DNA from: Vicinamibacteria bacterium
GTDB lineage: Bacteria > Acidobacteriota > Vicinamibacteria > Marinacidobacterales > Marinacidobacteraceae
NCBI GenBank assembly: GCA_963668695.2
Contig: CAXXLQ010000004.1
Location: 1,024,001-1,088,000, forward strand
DNA: 64,000 nt
Reading direction: 5' to 3'
The notes under the pieces were generated by a model that was not told the DNA's origin, did no database searches, and saw nothing but the letters and a program-made list of their open reading frames with translations. Positions 48,618 through 60,752 of this stretch are shown here, one piece after another; the first letter of the stretch is position 1, and each line of letters opens with the position of its first letter. The position numbers and the translations under genes are program-made.

Positions 48618-49333
48618 AGCGCTGGGGTGGCGTTCGGCCGGCTCAAATCAATGACCGGCCAATCGTGGTGACGCGCCGTGCTCCTCAATCGGACATCGGG
48701 ATTGGCTGCGGTCGGATGTCCCACCACGCTCAACATGGGCAGGTCGGACATGCTGTCCGCGTAGGCGTAACTATCGTTCAACGAAAGCCCTTCGCGCTCC
48801 GCATACTCGCGGATCCAGAGCGCCTTGCTGGCGCTCGCCATGACCGGCGGAGACAGCCGGCCGGTAGCCCGGCCGTCCGCAAACTCGAGGCGATTCGAGA
48901 CGAACTCGGTAATGCCCAGGTCGTCGAGAAGAGGGCGGACGGACACCTCCAACGCCCCCGTAACGACGACCTGACGGAGACCGCTGCGACGCGACTGCTC
49001 GATGAGCGCCCGGGTTCCCGGATAGATCCCGGGACGGATCACCTGTCGGTACAGATCGCCGGAAAGGGAGCGCAACCGGTCGTAGGACTGGCCGCGGTAC
49101 CACTTGAAGAAGAGATCGTTGAAGAGTTTGCGGCTGTAGAAGTCGGTCGCCAGGAACAGGGGAATGCCGACCAGCGTCGACATGGCCGATTTGAGACTGC
49201 GAAGAAGTCCCTGGTCGTTACGGGCGTAGTACCCGAGAACATGGACGAGGTTCGTGCGAATCAGGGTGCCGTCCAGATCGTAGAACGCGGCCGCCTCCGC
49301 GGGCGGACGAGTCGCTGGGTCGTCACGTGTCAT
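48614..49333 (-). CDS. HAD-IB family phosphatase (ElbB-like by context)
   Basis: DLDGTL, VTGA, K and YADSMSDLPML...NPD motifs. Confidence 0.88.
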   Translation of the reverse strand: MTRDDPATRPPAEAAAFYDLDGTLIRTNLVHVLGYYARNDQGLLRSLKSAMSTLVGIPLFLATDFYSRKLFNDLFFKWYRGQSYDRLRSLSGDLYRQVIRPGIYPGTRALIEQSRRSGLRQVVVTGALEVSVRPLLDDLGITEFVSNRLEFADGRATGRLSPPVMASASKALWIREYAEREGLSLNDSYAYADSMSDLPMLSVVGHPTAANPDVRLRSTARHHDWPVIDLSRPNATPAL

Positions 49334-49475
49334 CGAGTCAGATTATCGCTGCCCGACGGTTCCCGACGGGCGGGCACCGCCACCCCCCACCCGAAAAAGC
49401 GGCCCTTGCAGGCGCTTGGCGGCCCGTGAACAAAGGGTCGTGAGGGCCGAGAGTCGCGTTCTGGCGTACCATCTC

Positions 49476-49656
49476 GGAGCCTGTGGATGAAGTGGCGTGA
49501 ACGCCGAGAGCGGCGAGGCGCCCGGCTGACAAGGCGCGCGAGGGAGGAATACCGGGTGTATATCGACCGAAGCGCAACGATGAGCGACGCGAAGCGGCGC
49601 GGTTCAGCCGGGATGCATCGCCGCTCGAACGCCGCGTGACTTTGTCCACAGGCTCC
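49476..49656 (+). mobile_element. Palindromic MITE copy 7
   Basis: ggagcctgtgga...tccacaggctcc; both ends changed in concert. Confidence 0.82.
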
Positions 49657-49709
49657 TGAAGGCCGCCGCCGATCCTCGAAACAGATTCACGCCAGGGAAT
49701 GAGAAGTTT

Positions 49710-50780
49710 GTGATTCAACTGCCTAGCTCTGAACGGACCTCCCACGCCATTCGCCGGGTCGCGATCAGTGCGGTCGGGGCCTATCTTCCGGATCGCGTGC
49801 TATCGAACGACGATCTGGAAAAGATGGTGGACACATCAGACCAGTGGATCCGGGACCGGACGGGCATCAGCGAGCGCCGGATCGTCGAAAAGGGGACCGG
49901 GTGCTCCTTCCTCGCCGCCCGAGCTGCTGAAGACGCGCTTCGCCGGCGCGGAATGTCGGCGGAGGACATCGACCTGATCGTCGTCGCAACGGTCACTCCC
50001 GACATGAACTTTCCGGCAACCGCGTGCCTGGTTCAGGACCAGATCGGAGCCCGACGCGCCTGGGGTTTCGATCTCTCGGCCGCCTGCAGTGGCTTCAACT
50101 TCGCCCTCGCCGCGGGGACCCAATTCGTCGCTAGTGGGGCCGTGGAGCGGGCGCTGGTGATTGGAGCCGACGTCATGAGCTCGATCACCGATTACGAAGA
50201 CCGCTCCACCTGCATCTTGTTCGGAGACGCTGCGGGGGCTGTCCTTCTTGAAGCTGCCAACGACGGCGAGGGCATCCTCGGGTTCAACAATAAGGTGGAC
50301 GGCTCCGGGTGTGACCTGCTCAAGATGCCGGCGGGCGGCAGTGTTCGCCCGTCCACCCACGAAACGGTGGACCGCAGGGAGCACTATCTGAAGCAGGAGG
50401 GGAAAGCCGTCTTCCGCTTCGCCGTGCGCAATTCTGCCGAGGCCGCCGAAGAACTGTTGGCGGAATTGGGACTCTCCCGCGAGGAGATCTCCGTTTTGGT
50501 GTGCCATCAGGCGAATGCCCGGATCATCGACGCGGTCGCGCGGCGGCTTCAGCTTCCTCCGGAGCGGGTAGTCAAGACCATTCACAAGTACGGCAATACG
50601 ACTGCTGCTTCGATTCCCACCGCGCTCCGCGACGCTCTCGACCGGTCGTTGTTGGCCCCAGGAGATCTGATTCTGTTCAGTTCGGTCGGCGCGGGATTGA
50701 CCATCGGCACGGCCGCGATTCGCTGGGGCGGCGAACGACTCGCCGCAACGCCGGCGGAGACGAATTCCACCGGCCCCTGA
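49710..50780 (+). CDS. fabH: 3-oxoacyl-ACP synthase III
   Basis: [18 protein letters not shown] and GNTTAAS motifs. Confidence 0.95.
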   Translation: MIQLPSSERTSHAIRRVAISAVGAYLPDRVLSNDDLEKMVDTSDQWIRDRTGISERRIVEKGTGCSFLAARAAEDALRRRGMSAEDIDLIVVATVTPDMNFPATACLVQDQIGARRAWGFDLSAACSGFNFALAAGTQFVASGAVERALVIGADVMSSITDYEDRSTCILFGDAAGAVLLEAANDGEGILGFNNKVDGSGCDLLKMPAGGSVRPSTHETVDRREHYLKQEGKAVFRFAVRNSAEAAEELLAELGLSREEISVLVCHQANARIIDAVARRLQLPPERVVKTIHKYGNTTAASIPTALRDALDRSLLAPGDLILFSSVGAGLTIGTAAIRWGGERLAATPAETNSTGP

Positions 50781-50806
50781 GCTCCAACTTCTCTCGGGAC
50801 GATTCG

Positions 50807-52897
50807 GTGGCGGAAGCCGCAACCGTGGCCGGCAACCGGCTCGCACTGGAGACGAGCCCATACCTCCTCCAGCACCGGGAGAACCCCGTCCACTGGCAAC
50901 CGTGGGGGCCGGCCGCCTTCGAAGAAGCCGCCCGGCGCGACTGCCCGGTGCTGCTCTCGGTCGGATACTCCAGTTGCCACTGGTGTCATGTGATGGCGCA
51001 CGAGTCCTTCGAGGACGACGCCACCGCCCAGGTCATGAACGACTCGTTCGTCCCGGTGAAAGTGGATCGGGAAGAGCGGCCCGATGTGGACGAGATCTAC
51101 ATGGCCTTCGTTCAGGCGACCACCGGGGCCGGGGGTTGGCCGCTCACCGTTTTCGTGGCGCCGGACCGCACCCCGTTCTTCGGCGGCACGTATTTTCCGC
51201 CGGAAGATCGCTGGGGGCGCCCCGGCTTTCCGCGCATCCTCGCCGGCATCGCCGCCGTCTGGCAGGACCGGTCCCGGCGGGCCGAGCTCCTTCAGGGCGG
51301 CGTGCGGCTTCTCGATCGCCTCCGCCAGGCGGCAGAGCTACCCGGGCACCTGGCTGCACGCGGGACGCTCATCACGTCGGAACCGGTGAGCCGTGCCGCA
51401 AGGCAGTTTCTCGATTCGTACGACCGGGTGCACGGCGGATTCGGATCGGCGCCGAAGTTTCCCCCCAGCCGGCAACTCACGCTGTTGCTCCGGCATCACC
51501 TGGAACATGGCAGCGCGGCGCCGCTCGATGCGTCCTTGCTCACGCTCCGGCGGATGGCGGACGGTGGTCTCTTCGACCAGCTCCGCGGCGGGTTTCATCG
51601 GTATTCCACCGATGCGGAATGGTTGGCGCCCCACTTCGAGAAAATGCTCTATGACAACGCGCTGCTGGTCCCCGTGTATCTGTTGGCGCACCGAATCACC
51701 GGAGACGCCCCCCTCGCGGAGGACGCGCGAGGCGCCCTCGACTGGATGAAGGGCGAAATGCTGAGCCCGGACGGGGCGTTCTACTCCGCGCTCGACGCTG
51801 ACTCCGAGGGAGAGGAAGGGCGCTACTACACCTGGACAGCTGAAGAAGTGGACACCGTCCTCGGGACGAAGAACCAACTCTTTCGGGCCGCCTACGACGT
51901 TCGGGACGGTGGCAACTGGGAGGGCCGGACGATCTTGCGGCGGGTGGCTTCCGATGCCGCTCTCGGTGAAAAGTTCGCGATGCCCGCGGACAAGATCGCG
52001 CCTGCCTTGGCCGCGGCGAGGAGACGGCTCCTCGCTGTCCGCGCGCAGCGGGTGCGCCCGGCCCTCGACGACAAAGTCCTCCTTTCCTGGAATGCGCTGG
52101 CCGTGACCGCGTTCGCGCGGGCTCATCGGACACTGGGTGACGAGGATGCCCTCCGGGTTGCTCGGACGGCGGGCCGGTTCGTGCTCGAAAACCTCCGGTC
52201 AGCGGGGCGCTATTTCGCGGTCTGGAGCCGGGGACAAACGAAGGTCCCCGCGATGCTCGAGGACCACGCCTTCTGGCTGCAGGCACTCCTCGATCTCTTC
52301 GAAAGCGACCTCGATGAGATCTGGCTCGCAGCAGCCGGCGAGGTGGCGGAGATTCTGGACCGCCACTTCGCGGCTCCCGGGGGCGGCTTTTACACCACCG
52401 CCGACGACCACGAGGCGCTTCCCGTCCGAACCCGCACGGGATACGACGGAGCTCTTCCGTCGGGTAACGCGGTCGCTGCCGACGCACTGCTGCGCCTCGC
52501 AACCCTGACCGGCTCGCCGCACCGGCGCAATACCGCACGCGGAACCATCTCCGCGTTCTTCGCCCAGGCTGTCGAGAGCCCCGTGGGTTTCGCCACGATG
52601 CTGACGGCCGTGATGCGGTACCTGGCCGAGCCGCGGCAGATCGTGGTCGTCGGACCCGGCGATGCGGCGGAGACGCGCGAGGCGCTCCGCCGCCTCTGGC
52701 GCATCCCGTCGGGAGACGCCGTCGTGCTCCTCGCCGACTCCCGGAGCGCGAATTCAAGCGCCCTCCCGGCGGTCCGGGCTGCTCAGGAGGCTGGAAGGAC
52801 CAAGGACCGCGGTTTGTCGTTCCTTCCGTGCCGGGGGGGCGTCTGTTCGTTACCGCTGGCGAACGTCGAGGCTGCCTGCGACTACCTGAGCTCGTGA
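50807..52897 (+). CDS. Thioredoxin-domain protein, YyaL/DUF255 family
   Basis: [25 protein letters not shown] and [11 protein letters not shown] motifs. Confidence 0.9.
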   Translation: MAEAATVAGNRLALETSPYLLQHRENPVHWQPWGPAAFEEAARRDCPVLLSVGYSSCHWCHVMAHESFEDDATAQVMNDSFVPVKVDREERPDVDEIYMAFVQATTGAGGWPLTVFVAPDRTPFFGGTYFPPEDRWGRPGFPRILAGIAAVWQDRSRRAELLQGGVRLLDRLRQAAELPGHLAARGTLITSEPVSRAARQFLDSYDRVHGGFGSAPKFPPSRQLTLLLRHHLEHGSAAPLDASLLTLRRMADGGLFDQLRGGFHRYSTDAEWLAPHFEKMLYDNALLVPVYLLAHRITGDAPLAEDARGALDWMKGEMLSPDGAFYSALDADSEGEEGRYYTWTAEEVDTVLGTKNQLFRAAYDVRDGGNWEGRTILRRVASDAALGEKFAMPADKIAPALAAARRRLLAVRAQRVRPALDDKVLLSWNALAVTAFARAHRTLGDEDALRVARTAGRFVLENLRSAGRYFAVWSRGQTKVPAMLEDHAFWLQALLDLFESDLDEIWLAAAGEVAEILDRHFAAPGGGFYTTADDHEALPVRTRTGYDGALPSGNAVAADALLRLATLTGSPHRRNTARGTISAFFAQAVESPVGFATMLTAVMRYLAEPRQIVVVGPGDAAETREALRRLWRIPSGDAVVLLADSRSANSSALPAVRAAQEAGRTKDRGLSFLPCRGGVCSLPLANVEAACDYLSS

Positions 52898-53044
52898 CCG
52901 TCGGGCGGCACCAGCCCGACCCCGGCGAGCTGTCGCCTTGCCTCACATGAGCGAATCGATGGACAGGAGTACGATGTGGAGGCCGACCCCCGCGACCCGG
53001 CATCCGTGGCTGGGGTGTCCCGCCCCTGCCTTCGACCATCTTCC

Positions 53045-54631
53045 ATGAAGCTGAGCCGTACCGAGCATCCCCGAAACTCTACGGCGTCGAACCGCACTCC
53101 GGCCGGCATCCCGCATCGCCTGTCACGCCTCCGAGCCGCTCCGTTGCTCCTGCCGCTCCTCGTTGCCTGCACCGATGACCTGGCCCAGGACGAAGGCCCT
53201 GCCCGTTCGCCGAACGTCCTGTTCATCGCCGTTGACGACCTGAACGACTGGATCGCGCCGCTCGGCGGACATCCCCAGGCGCGGACACCCAACATCTCGC
53301 GTTTGGCCGACGAGGGCGTGCTCTTTACCCGCGCCTTCACCCCCTCTCCCTCGTGCAACCCGGCGCGAACTGCACTCCTGACCGGCCATCACACTTACAC
53401 CTCGGGCATGTACTCGAACTATCAGTGGTGGCGTGAAGTAATGCCCAACGTGGTGACTCTTCCCCGGTACTTCGGCGACCACGGGTATTGGGCGGGGGGC
53501 GCCGGGAAGATCTTCCACAATAACCAGCCGGATCCCAGGTCCTGGGACGATTACTTTCCGTCCCTCGAGCAACACATGCCTTCGTCTCCGCGCCCCGAGG
53601 GAGAAGGCGCCGTCAACATGCCCGCCTTTCAGGACATGTACACCGCTTTCGACTGGGCGCCCCTCGACGTCCCGGACGAGGAAATGGGCGACCATCAATC
53701 GGTCGCCTGGGCCATCGAGCAGTTACAGCGGCAGCACGAGGAGCCGTTCTTTCTGGCGGTCGGCATTTACCGCCCCCACCTTCCCTGGTACGTCCCCCGG
53801 AAGTACTTCGAGATGTTTCCGCTCGATGCGATTCAACTCCCGCAGCTCGTCGAAGACGACCTCGCAGACGTCCCCGAACGCGGGGTCGAGATCGCTCAGC
53901 GGGGCGGGAACTACCACGAGCACGTCCTGGCGGCCGATCAGTGGCGTCAGGCCGTGCAGGGCTACCTGGCCTCGATCGCCTACGCCGATGCGATGGTCGG
54001 CCTGCTCCTCGACGCGCTGGACGCCAGCCCGCACGCGGCGAACACCATCGTTGTCCTCTGGTCGGACCACGGATGGCAGCTCGGGGAGAAGGAGCACTGG
54101 AGGAAATTCGCTCTTTGGGAAAACCTCACCCGCGTCGTCTTGATGTTCCGCGTGCCGGAGGGAACTGTCGGCCTCCCCGAGGGAACCCCCGCGGGGGCCC
54201 GCTCCGGGAGGACGGTCTCCCTCCTCGACCTCTATCCCACGCTGGTGGAGCTCGGCGGGCTCCCCGAAAAGCCTGGTCTGGACGGCCGGAGTCTCGTGCC
54301 GCTCCTTCGGGACCCGGATACTCCTTGGGATCGTCCCGTCATCAGCACCTACCAGTTCTCCGAGTACTCGGTCCGGGGCGAACGCTTCCACTACATCCGC
54401 TACATCGACGGGAGTGAGGAGCTGTATGACATGGAAGCGGACCCGGAAGAGTGGAACAACCTCGCCGATGACCCCCGCTACGCCGCCGAGAAGGCGCGGC
54501 TGGGCGCCCTTCTGCCGACGGATCCGGCCCCCTTCGTGGACACCGACTATCCCCTCGAGCCTCACCACATCCCGCCGCTTCGGGGGACCCTTGACTATCT
54601 CGAGCGCAAGGCGGCGGGAGCCCGGAGGTAG
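53045..54631 (+). CDS. Sulfatase (iduronate/choline-sulfatase-like), probable lipoprotein
   Basis: NVLFIAVDDL, CNPAR (CxPxR), GKIFH, SDHG and ELYD motifs; LVAC lipobox. Confidence 0.9.
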   Translation: MKLSRTEHPRNSTASNRTPAGIPHRLSRLRAAPLLLPLLVACTDDLAQDEGPARSPNVLFIAVDDLNDWIAPLGGHPQARTPNISRLADEGVLFTRAFTPSPSCNPARTALLTGHHTYTSGMYSNYQWWREVMPNVVTLPRYFGDHGYWAGGAGKIFHNNQPDPRSWDDYFPSLEQHMPSSPRPEGEGAVNMPAFQDMYTAFDWAPLDVPDEEMGDHQSVAWAIEQLQRQHEEPFFLAVGIYRPHLPWYVPRKYFEMFPLDAIQLPQLVEDDLADVPERGVEIAQRGGNYHEHVLAADQWRQAVQGYLASIAYADAMVGLLLDALDASPHAANTIVVLWSDHGWQLGEKEHWRKFALWENLTRVVLMFRVPEGTVGLPEGTPAGARSGRTVSLLDLYPTLVELGGLPEKPGLDGRSLVPLLRDPDTPWDRPVISTYQFSEYSVRGERFHYIRYIDGSEELYDMEADPEEWNNLADDPRYAAEKARLGALLPTDPAPFVDTDYPLEPHHIPPLRGTLDYLERKAAGARR

Positions 54632-54774
54632 GGCCGCCCGGATTCGAGCGAGGCCGCCGGACACCGGATCCTGGAAGGGACGGCGTACCGCTCAGGAGCC
54701 CGGCCCGATCGGTTGATCCAGGATCCGCCGAGGGGTGGAGGCCCGGGCAAGGGAGGGCGAGGACGCGCCTACGG

Positions 54775-55269
54775 CTAGGGCGACTTCTCGTCCGATCTCA
54801 GGTGGGCGATGAGGTAGACGAGGGATACGATCTCGAGGCCGATTCCCGCGCCGAGCATCAACTTGGTGGGAGTTTCGAACCCTCTCCTCTCACCGTCTTC
54901 CGTGTAGCACGTGCGGTATTTCGTATGTTTGGTGAACTCGTTGGGGCGAAGTCCCTCTGCGGAACTTCCCTCAAGGGCGTTCCTACACGGCAGCCATCGC
55001 CAGAGGGCGGCCCCGGTGAGCGCCGCAGCGCCGGCGATTGCAAGAACTATCGCGCTTCGCTTCTTGTCATCCTCCCGGATCCTGCCGGTGGTGCGGCTGG
55101 CGGTGTTCTGCGCTCGATAGGCGCCGCTGGACGCGGCAATCTCGGCCGCCTCCAGAATCGAAGGCGCGGTTCGCGCAGGAACAGCTCCCGACGACGGAAG
55201 CCGCGCATGCGCGTGAAGCGGCGTCACCGCGATGCTGAGCGCAGCGAGCAGGGCGGCGAAAGTCTTCAT
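54775..55269 (-). CDS. Exported two-TM protein, paralogue 1 of family B
   Basis: Signal peptide; TTGRIREDDKKRSA, LWRWLPCRN...CY and PTK...YLIAH shared with neighbours. Confidence 0.75.
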   Translation of the reverse strand: MKTFAALLAALSIAVTPLHAHARLPSSGAVPARTAPSILEAAEIAASSGAYRAQNTASRTTGRIREDDKKRSAIVLAIAGAAALTGAALWRWLPCRNALEGSSAEGLRPNEFTKHTKYRTCYTEDGERRGFETPTKLMLGAGIGLEIVSLVYLIAHLRSDEKSP

Positions 55270-55375
55270 GCCGATGTTCCTTGGTGCGAAAAGAGCGGAA
55301 AGAGCCCTACGGCGAAACGCCGGGCCGGACACCATGCGACCTTCCTGGGCGCGTTGAGAAGAGATGTCTTTCCTG

Positions 55376-55828
55376 TCAGTTGTCGTCCGCTCTCACGTGA
55401 GCGATGAGATAGAACAGAGATAAGACTTCAAGGCCGATTCCCGCGCCGAGCATCGCTTTGGTAGGAGTATCGAGTCCTTTCCTTTGGTCATCCTGGGTAT
55501 AGCACTTGAAGTACCCCGATACGTTCGTCGCGTCGATTGCCCCATGCCGGGTGACATTTCGGCACGGCAACCATCGCCAGAGGCCGGCTCCGGCGAGCGC
55601 GGCAGCGCCGCTGATCGCGAAGGCGATGGCGCTCCGCTTCTTGTCATCCTCCCGAATCCGACCGGTGGTGATGGTGGCGGTGTTCTGGGCCCGATACGTC
55701 CCGCTGGCGGCGGCGATCTCGGCGGTTTCCAGAATGGATGGCGCCGTCGTGAGACCTGCCGGGGTGGCGGCGTAGAGAGGCGCCACCAGGACGCTGAACG
55801 CAACGAACGCAGCCAGGGGCTTTTTCAT
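55376..55828 (-). CDS. Exported two-TM protein, paralogue 2 of family B
   Basis: Same scaffold. Confidence 0.75.
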   Translation of the reverse strand: MKKPLAAFVAFSVLVAPLYAATPAGLTTAPSILETAEIAAASGTYRAQNTATITTGRIREDDKKRSAIAFAISGAAALAGAGLWRWLPCRNVTRHGAIDATNVSGYFKCYTQDDQRKGLDTPTKAMLGAGIGLEVLSLFYLIAHVRADDN

Positions 55829-55908
55829 GCCGAGTTGCCTTTCTGCGATGCGCACCGTTGCGGAGGCGAGGTGGCCCGGTCGTCGGTCAAACGGGAATTC
55901 TCAGCCGG

Positions 55909-56367
55909 TCAGTTGTCGTCCGACCGCATATGGGCGATGAGATAAGCCAGCGAGACGAGTTCGAGTGCGACCCCGGCCCCGATCAGAGCCTTGGTGGGAG
56001 GTTCCAAACCCAGCCGCTGACCATCCTGGTCGTAGCACTTGTCGTACCCCTCAATCTGAAGACCTCCAATCGAACTCTCTCCTGGCTTGTTTCTGCAGGG
56101 CAACCAGCGCCAGAGGCCGGCTCCCGCGAACGCCAAGGCTCCGCTGAGCGCGAAGGCCAGGGCACTCCGCTTCTTGTCGTCCTTCCGGATCCTTCCGGTG
56201 GTGAGTGTGCGGGTGTTTTGGGCGCGATACGCGCCGCTGGTTGCCGCGATCTCCGCGGCTTCCAGAATGGTCGGCGCCGCTGCCGGGGCCGTCGCTGCTG
56301 CCGCGTGGGCATGCAGCGGGGCTACCACGATGCCGAACGCGACGAGGAGGGCTGCAAACGTCTTCAT
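55909..56367 (-). CDS. Exported two-TM protein, paralogue 3 of family B
   Basis: Same scaffold; leader aaggaacatcggc is identical to that of paralogue 1. Confidence 0.75.
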   Translation of the reverse strand: MKTFAALLVAFGIVVAPLHAHAAAATAPAAAPTILEAAEIAATSGAYRAQNTRTLTTGRIRKDDKKRSALAFALSGALAFAGAGLWRWLPCRNKPGESSIGGLQIEGYDKCYDQDGQRLGLEPPTKALIGAGVALELVSLAYLIAHMRSDDN

Positions 56368-56481
56368 GCCGATGTTCCTTTAGGGATTGCGCCAGTCTGG
56401 AACGCCTGGCAGGCTGTGGAAGAACCTACCAGCGTTCACCCGCGGGGTGGGGTGGGGTGGGGAGTTTCCTCTCCACGAAAA

Positions 56482-56997
56482 TCAGTTGCGGATACGGACG
56501 GTTACGTTCCCCGCAATGACGGTTTCTCCGCTGCGCTGGAGCCGCAACCAGACGCGATAGGTGCCCGGCAGCGAGAAGCGGTGACTCGAGAAGAAGAACG
56601 TCTCGATTTCGGTGCCTTCTTCGTAGGGATCGCAGTCCGGTTCGTACACCGACTCGGTGTCGTCATCCCAGTCCCAGACTTCTTCCAGGCAGTAGTAGTC
56701 CTCGGGGTTTTCGGCGGTGTCCAGATCTTCGAAACGCGCGCTGACCCGGACATCGAGTGAGGGCCGACGCGACTCCCCAGGCATTCGGGGACGAAGGAAC
56801 AACTGCCGAGGGGCTCGTAGCGTTAACTTCGGCTCGGCAGCGGTCGCCGCAAGCCCGATGAAAGGCTCTCCCGCGACCACGACGCCCTCCGGCCGGCCGT
56901 CTTCCGTGACGCCGCCCGCCAGCGGAGCGGGCAGAAAAGAAACGATCAGGAGGCCGATCGGTGCCGCAGCGAAAGGAGCGGGAACCCGAATGCGCAT
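56482..56997 (-). CDS. Secreted protein with a PKD-like domain
   Basis: Signal peptide; WDWDD...H.F..PGTY.V.L. Confidence 0.65.
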   Translation of the reverse strand: MRIRVPAPFAAAPIGLLIVSFLPAPLAGGVTEDGRPEGVVVAGEPFIGLAATAAEPKLTLRAPRQLFLRPRMPGESRRPSLDVRVSARFEDLDTAENPEDYYCLEEVWDWDDDTESVYEPDCDPYEEGTEIETFFFSSHRFSLPGTYRVWLRLQRSGETVIAGNVTVRIRN

Positions 56998-57015
56998 GCG
57001 GCACATTCTACGACT

Positions 57016-57734
57016 GGCAGCCTTTCGACAAAATGGCGTGAGCGCCGAGGCCGGCGAGGCGCCCGGCTGACAAGGCGCGCGAGGGAGGAATACCGGGTGT
57101 ATCCCGACCGAAACGCAACGATGAGCGACGCGGTGAACAGCCGGTGGTGGAACCCACGTGAGCGCCGAGGCCGGCCAGTCCTCCCGGTGGGGGCGAGGCC
57201 CAGTTCTCCCGGTGGGGCCAGTCCTCCCGGTGGGGGCCCGGCTGACAAGGCGCGTGAGGGAGGAGCCCCCACCGGGAGAACTGGCCCGGGTGTATTCCGA
57301 CCGAAACGCAACGATGAGCGGCGCGTAGCGACGCGGTGAACAGCCGGTGGTGGAACCCACGTGAGCGCCGAGGCCGGCGAGGCGCCCGGCTGACAAGGCG
57401 CGCGAGGGAGGAGCCCCCACCGGGAGAACTGGCCCGGGTGTATTCCGACCGAAACGCAACGATGAGCGGCGCGCAGCGACGCGGTCAGCCGGGATGGATC
57501 GCCAGCCGAACGCCGCGCGGGTTTCATCACCGGTTGTTTGGCCGGGATGGATCGCCGGCCGAGCCCCCACCGGGAGAACTGGGCCGCGGGGGTTTCATCA
57601 CCGGTTGTTTGGCCGGGATGGATCGCCGGACGAGCCCCCACCGGGAGAACTGGGCCGCGTGGGTTTCATCACCGGTTGTTTGGCCGGGATGGATCGCCGG
57701 CCAAACGCCGCGTCATTTTGTCGACAGGCTGCTG
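57016..57734 (+). mobile_element. Composite/nested MITE copy 8 (3 left halves, 4 right halves, seven 19-nt inserts)
   Basis: Outer ends gcagcctttcgacaaaatg / cattttgtcgacaggctgc; inner left ends at 57136 and 57339; right modules at a 71-bp period (57539, 57610, 57681). Confidence 0.82.
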
Positions 57735-57741
57735 ACGTTCG

Positions 57742-58164
57742 CTACTGCGCGTTCGCTTCTGCCTCCGCCGCTCTGACGCGCGCCTCCGCCCGCGCTACCG
57801 CGCGCTGCGCGCGCTCCACTTCGTAGCTGGCGCCGAACTCCTCAAGACGGGCCCTCGCACGGACGAGCGCGCTTTCGGCGCGCCCCAGATCGATGTCCTG
57901 GGGTCGCTCCGCGGTCTCGGCGAGCACGGTTACGGTGTCGTCCAGGATCTCCAGAAAGCCCCAGTGCACGGCCAGGAAGTGGTCCGCTTCCCCCTGCCGG
58001 TACTGGAGCCGACCGCTCCGGATCTGGTAGAGGAGCGGCGCATGGCCGGGGAGGATCCCGATGTAGCCGAAGACGCCCGGCGCCTCGACGTAATCCACAT
58101 CGTCCCGGAACACCACCCCGCCCGGCGTGATGACTTCGAGCCGAAGCTGTTCGGAGCCGCTCAT
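57742..58164 (-). CDS. atpC: ATP synthase F1 epsilon
   Basis: LEVITP, GILPGHAPL, GFLEI and ARAEAR. Confidence 0.95.
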   Translation of the reverse strand: MSGSEQLRLEVITPGGVVFRDDVDYVEAPGVFGYIGILPGHAPLLYQIRSGRLQYRQGEADHFLAVHWGFLEILDDTVTVLAETAERPQDIDLGRAESALVRARARLEEFGASYEVERAQRAVARAEARVRAAEAEANAQ

Positions 58165-58181
58165 CAGGACGCTCCTCTTTC

Positions 58182-59864
<1,683 letters not shown>

Positions 59865-60746
59865 TCAGTCGAGCGCCTCTGCGCCCCCTACGACTTCGAG
59901 AATCTCATTCGTGATCGCTGCCTGCCGGACCCGGTTCATGGTCAGGGTCAGGTCGGCGATGAGTTCGTTCGCGTTCTTCGTCGCGTTCTCCATGGCGGTC
60001 ATGCGCGCCGCCTGTTCCGCGGCTACCGACTCGAGCAGCGCCCGCCAGATCTGGTATTCGACGTGCCGTGGGAGGAGTTCCGCGAAGATTTCCCCCTCGG
60101 TTGGTTCATAGAAGAACTCACGGGCCGGCGCGCCATCCGGAACCGGCAGGTCCAGCCTCTCGAGCGGCAGCAACCGCTCGACCCGGACGTCCTGGCGCAG
60201 GATGTTCTTGAATTCGTTGAACACCAGATAGATCGCGTCGAGGCCCTCCGGATCCGCCGGATCCTCACGGCGATAGCGCTCCATCAGGGGCGCCGCGATC
60301 TCTCGAGCATGCTCGTAGCCGAGCGCCCGGTAAATGTCCTCGAGGGGGTCCACCAGGCGCACACCGCGCCGCCGGAAGTGCTCCTTCGCCTTGCGCCCGA
60401 CGGCACGGACCCCAACGTCCTTCTCGCTGAGGGACTTGAGGAGGATTTCGGCGCGCTTCAATACGTTGGTGTTGAAGGAGCCGCACAGCCCGCGGTCGGA
60501 GGTGATCACCACCACTTCGACGCGCCGGGGCGAACGCTCACGGAGCAGGGGATGACTCTCGGACTTCGCTCCCACCACGACCGAGTTCAGCACCTCCAGA
60601 ATGCGCGCCGCGAAGGGACGCGCAGAGACAATCGCCTCCTGGGCCCGCCGCAGCCGCGCGGTGGCGACCATCTTCATCGCCCGCGTGATCTGCTCGGTGT
60701 TCCGCACGCTGCGCGTGCGGCGGCGGAGTTCGAGAAGGGTTGGCAC
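59865..60746 (-). CDS. atpG: ATP synthase F1 gamma
   Basis: ITRAMKMVA, DRGLCG and RQAAITNEILE. Confidence 0.97.
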   Translation of the reverse strand: MPTLLELRRRTRSVRNTEQITRAMKMVATARLRRAQEAIVSARPFAARILEVLNSVVVGAKSESHPLLRERSPRRVEVVVITSDRGLCGSFNTNVLKRAEILLKSLSEKDVGVRAVGRKAKEHFRRRGVRLVDPLEDIYRALGYEHAREIAAPLMERYRREDPADPEGLDAIYLVFNEFKNILRQDVRVERLLPLERLDLPVPDGAPAREFFYEPTEGEIFAELLPRHVEYQIWRALLESVAAEQAARMTAMENATKNANELIADLTLTMNRVRQAAITNEILEVVGGAEALD

Positions 60747-60752
60747 GGGAGG

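Noticed and set aside
57500-57732. 71-bp periodic repeats resembling a CRISPR array
   Set aside because: No unique spacers, the units are MITE right halves, and there are no cas genes in the window.
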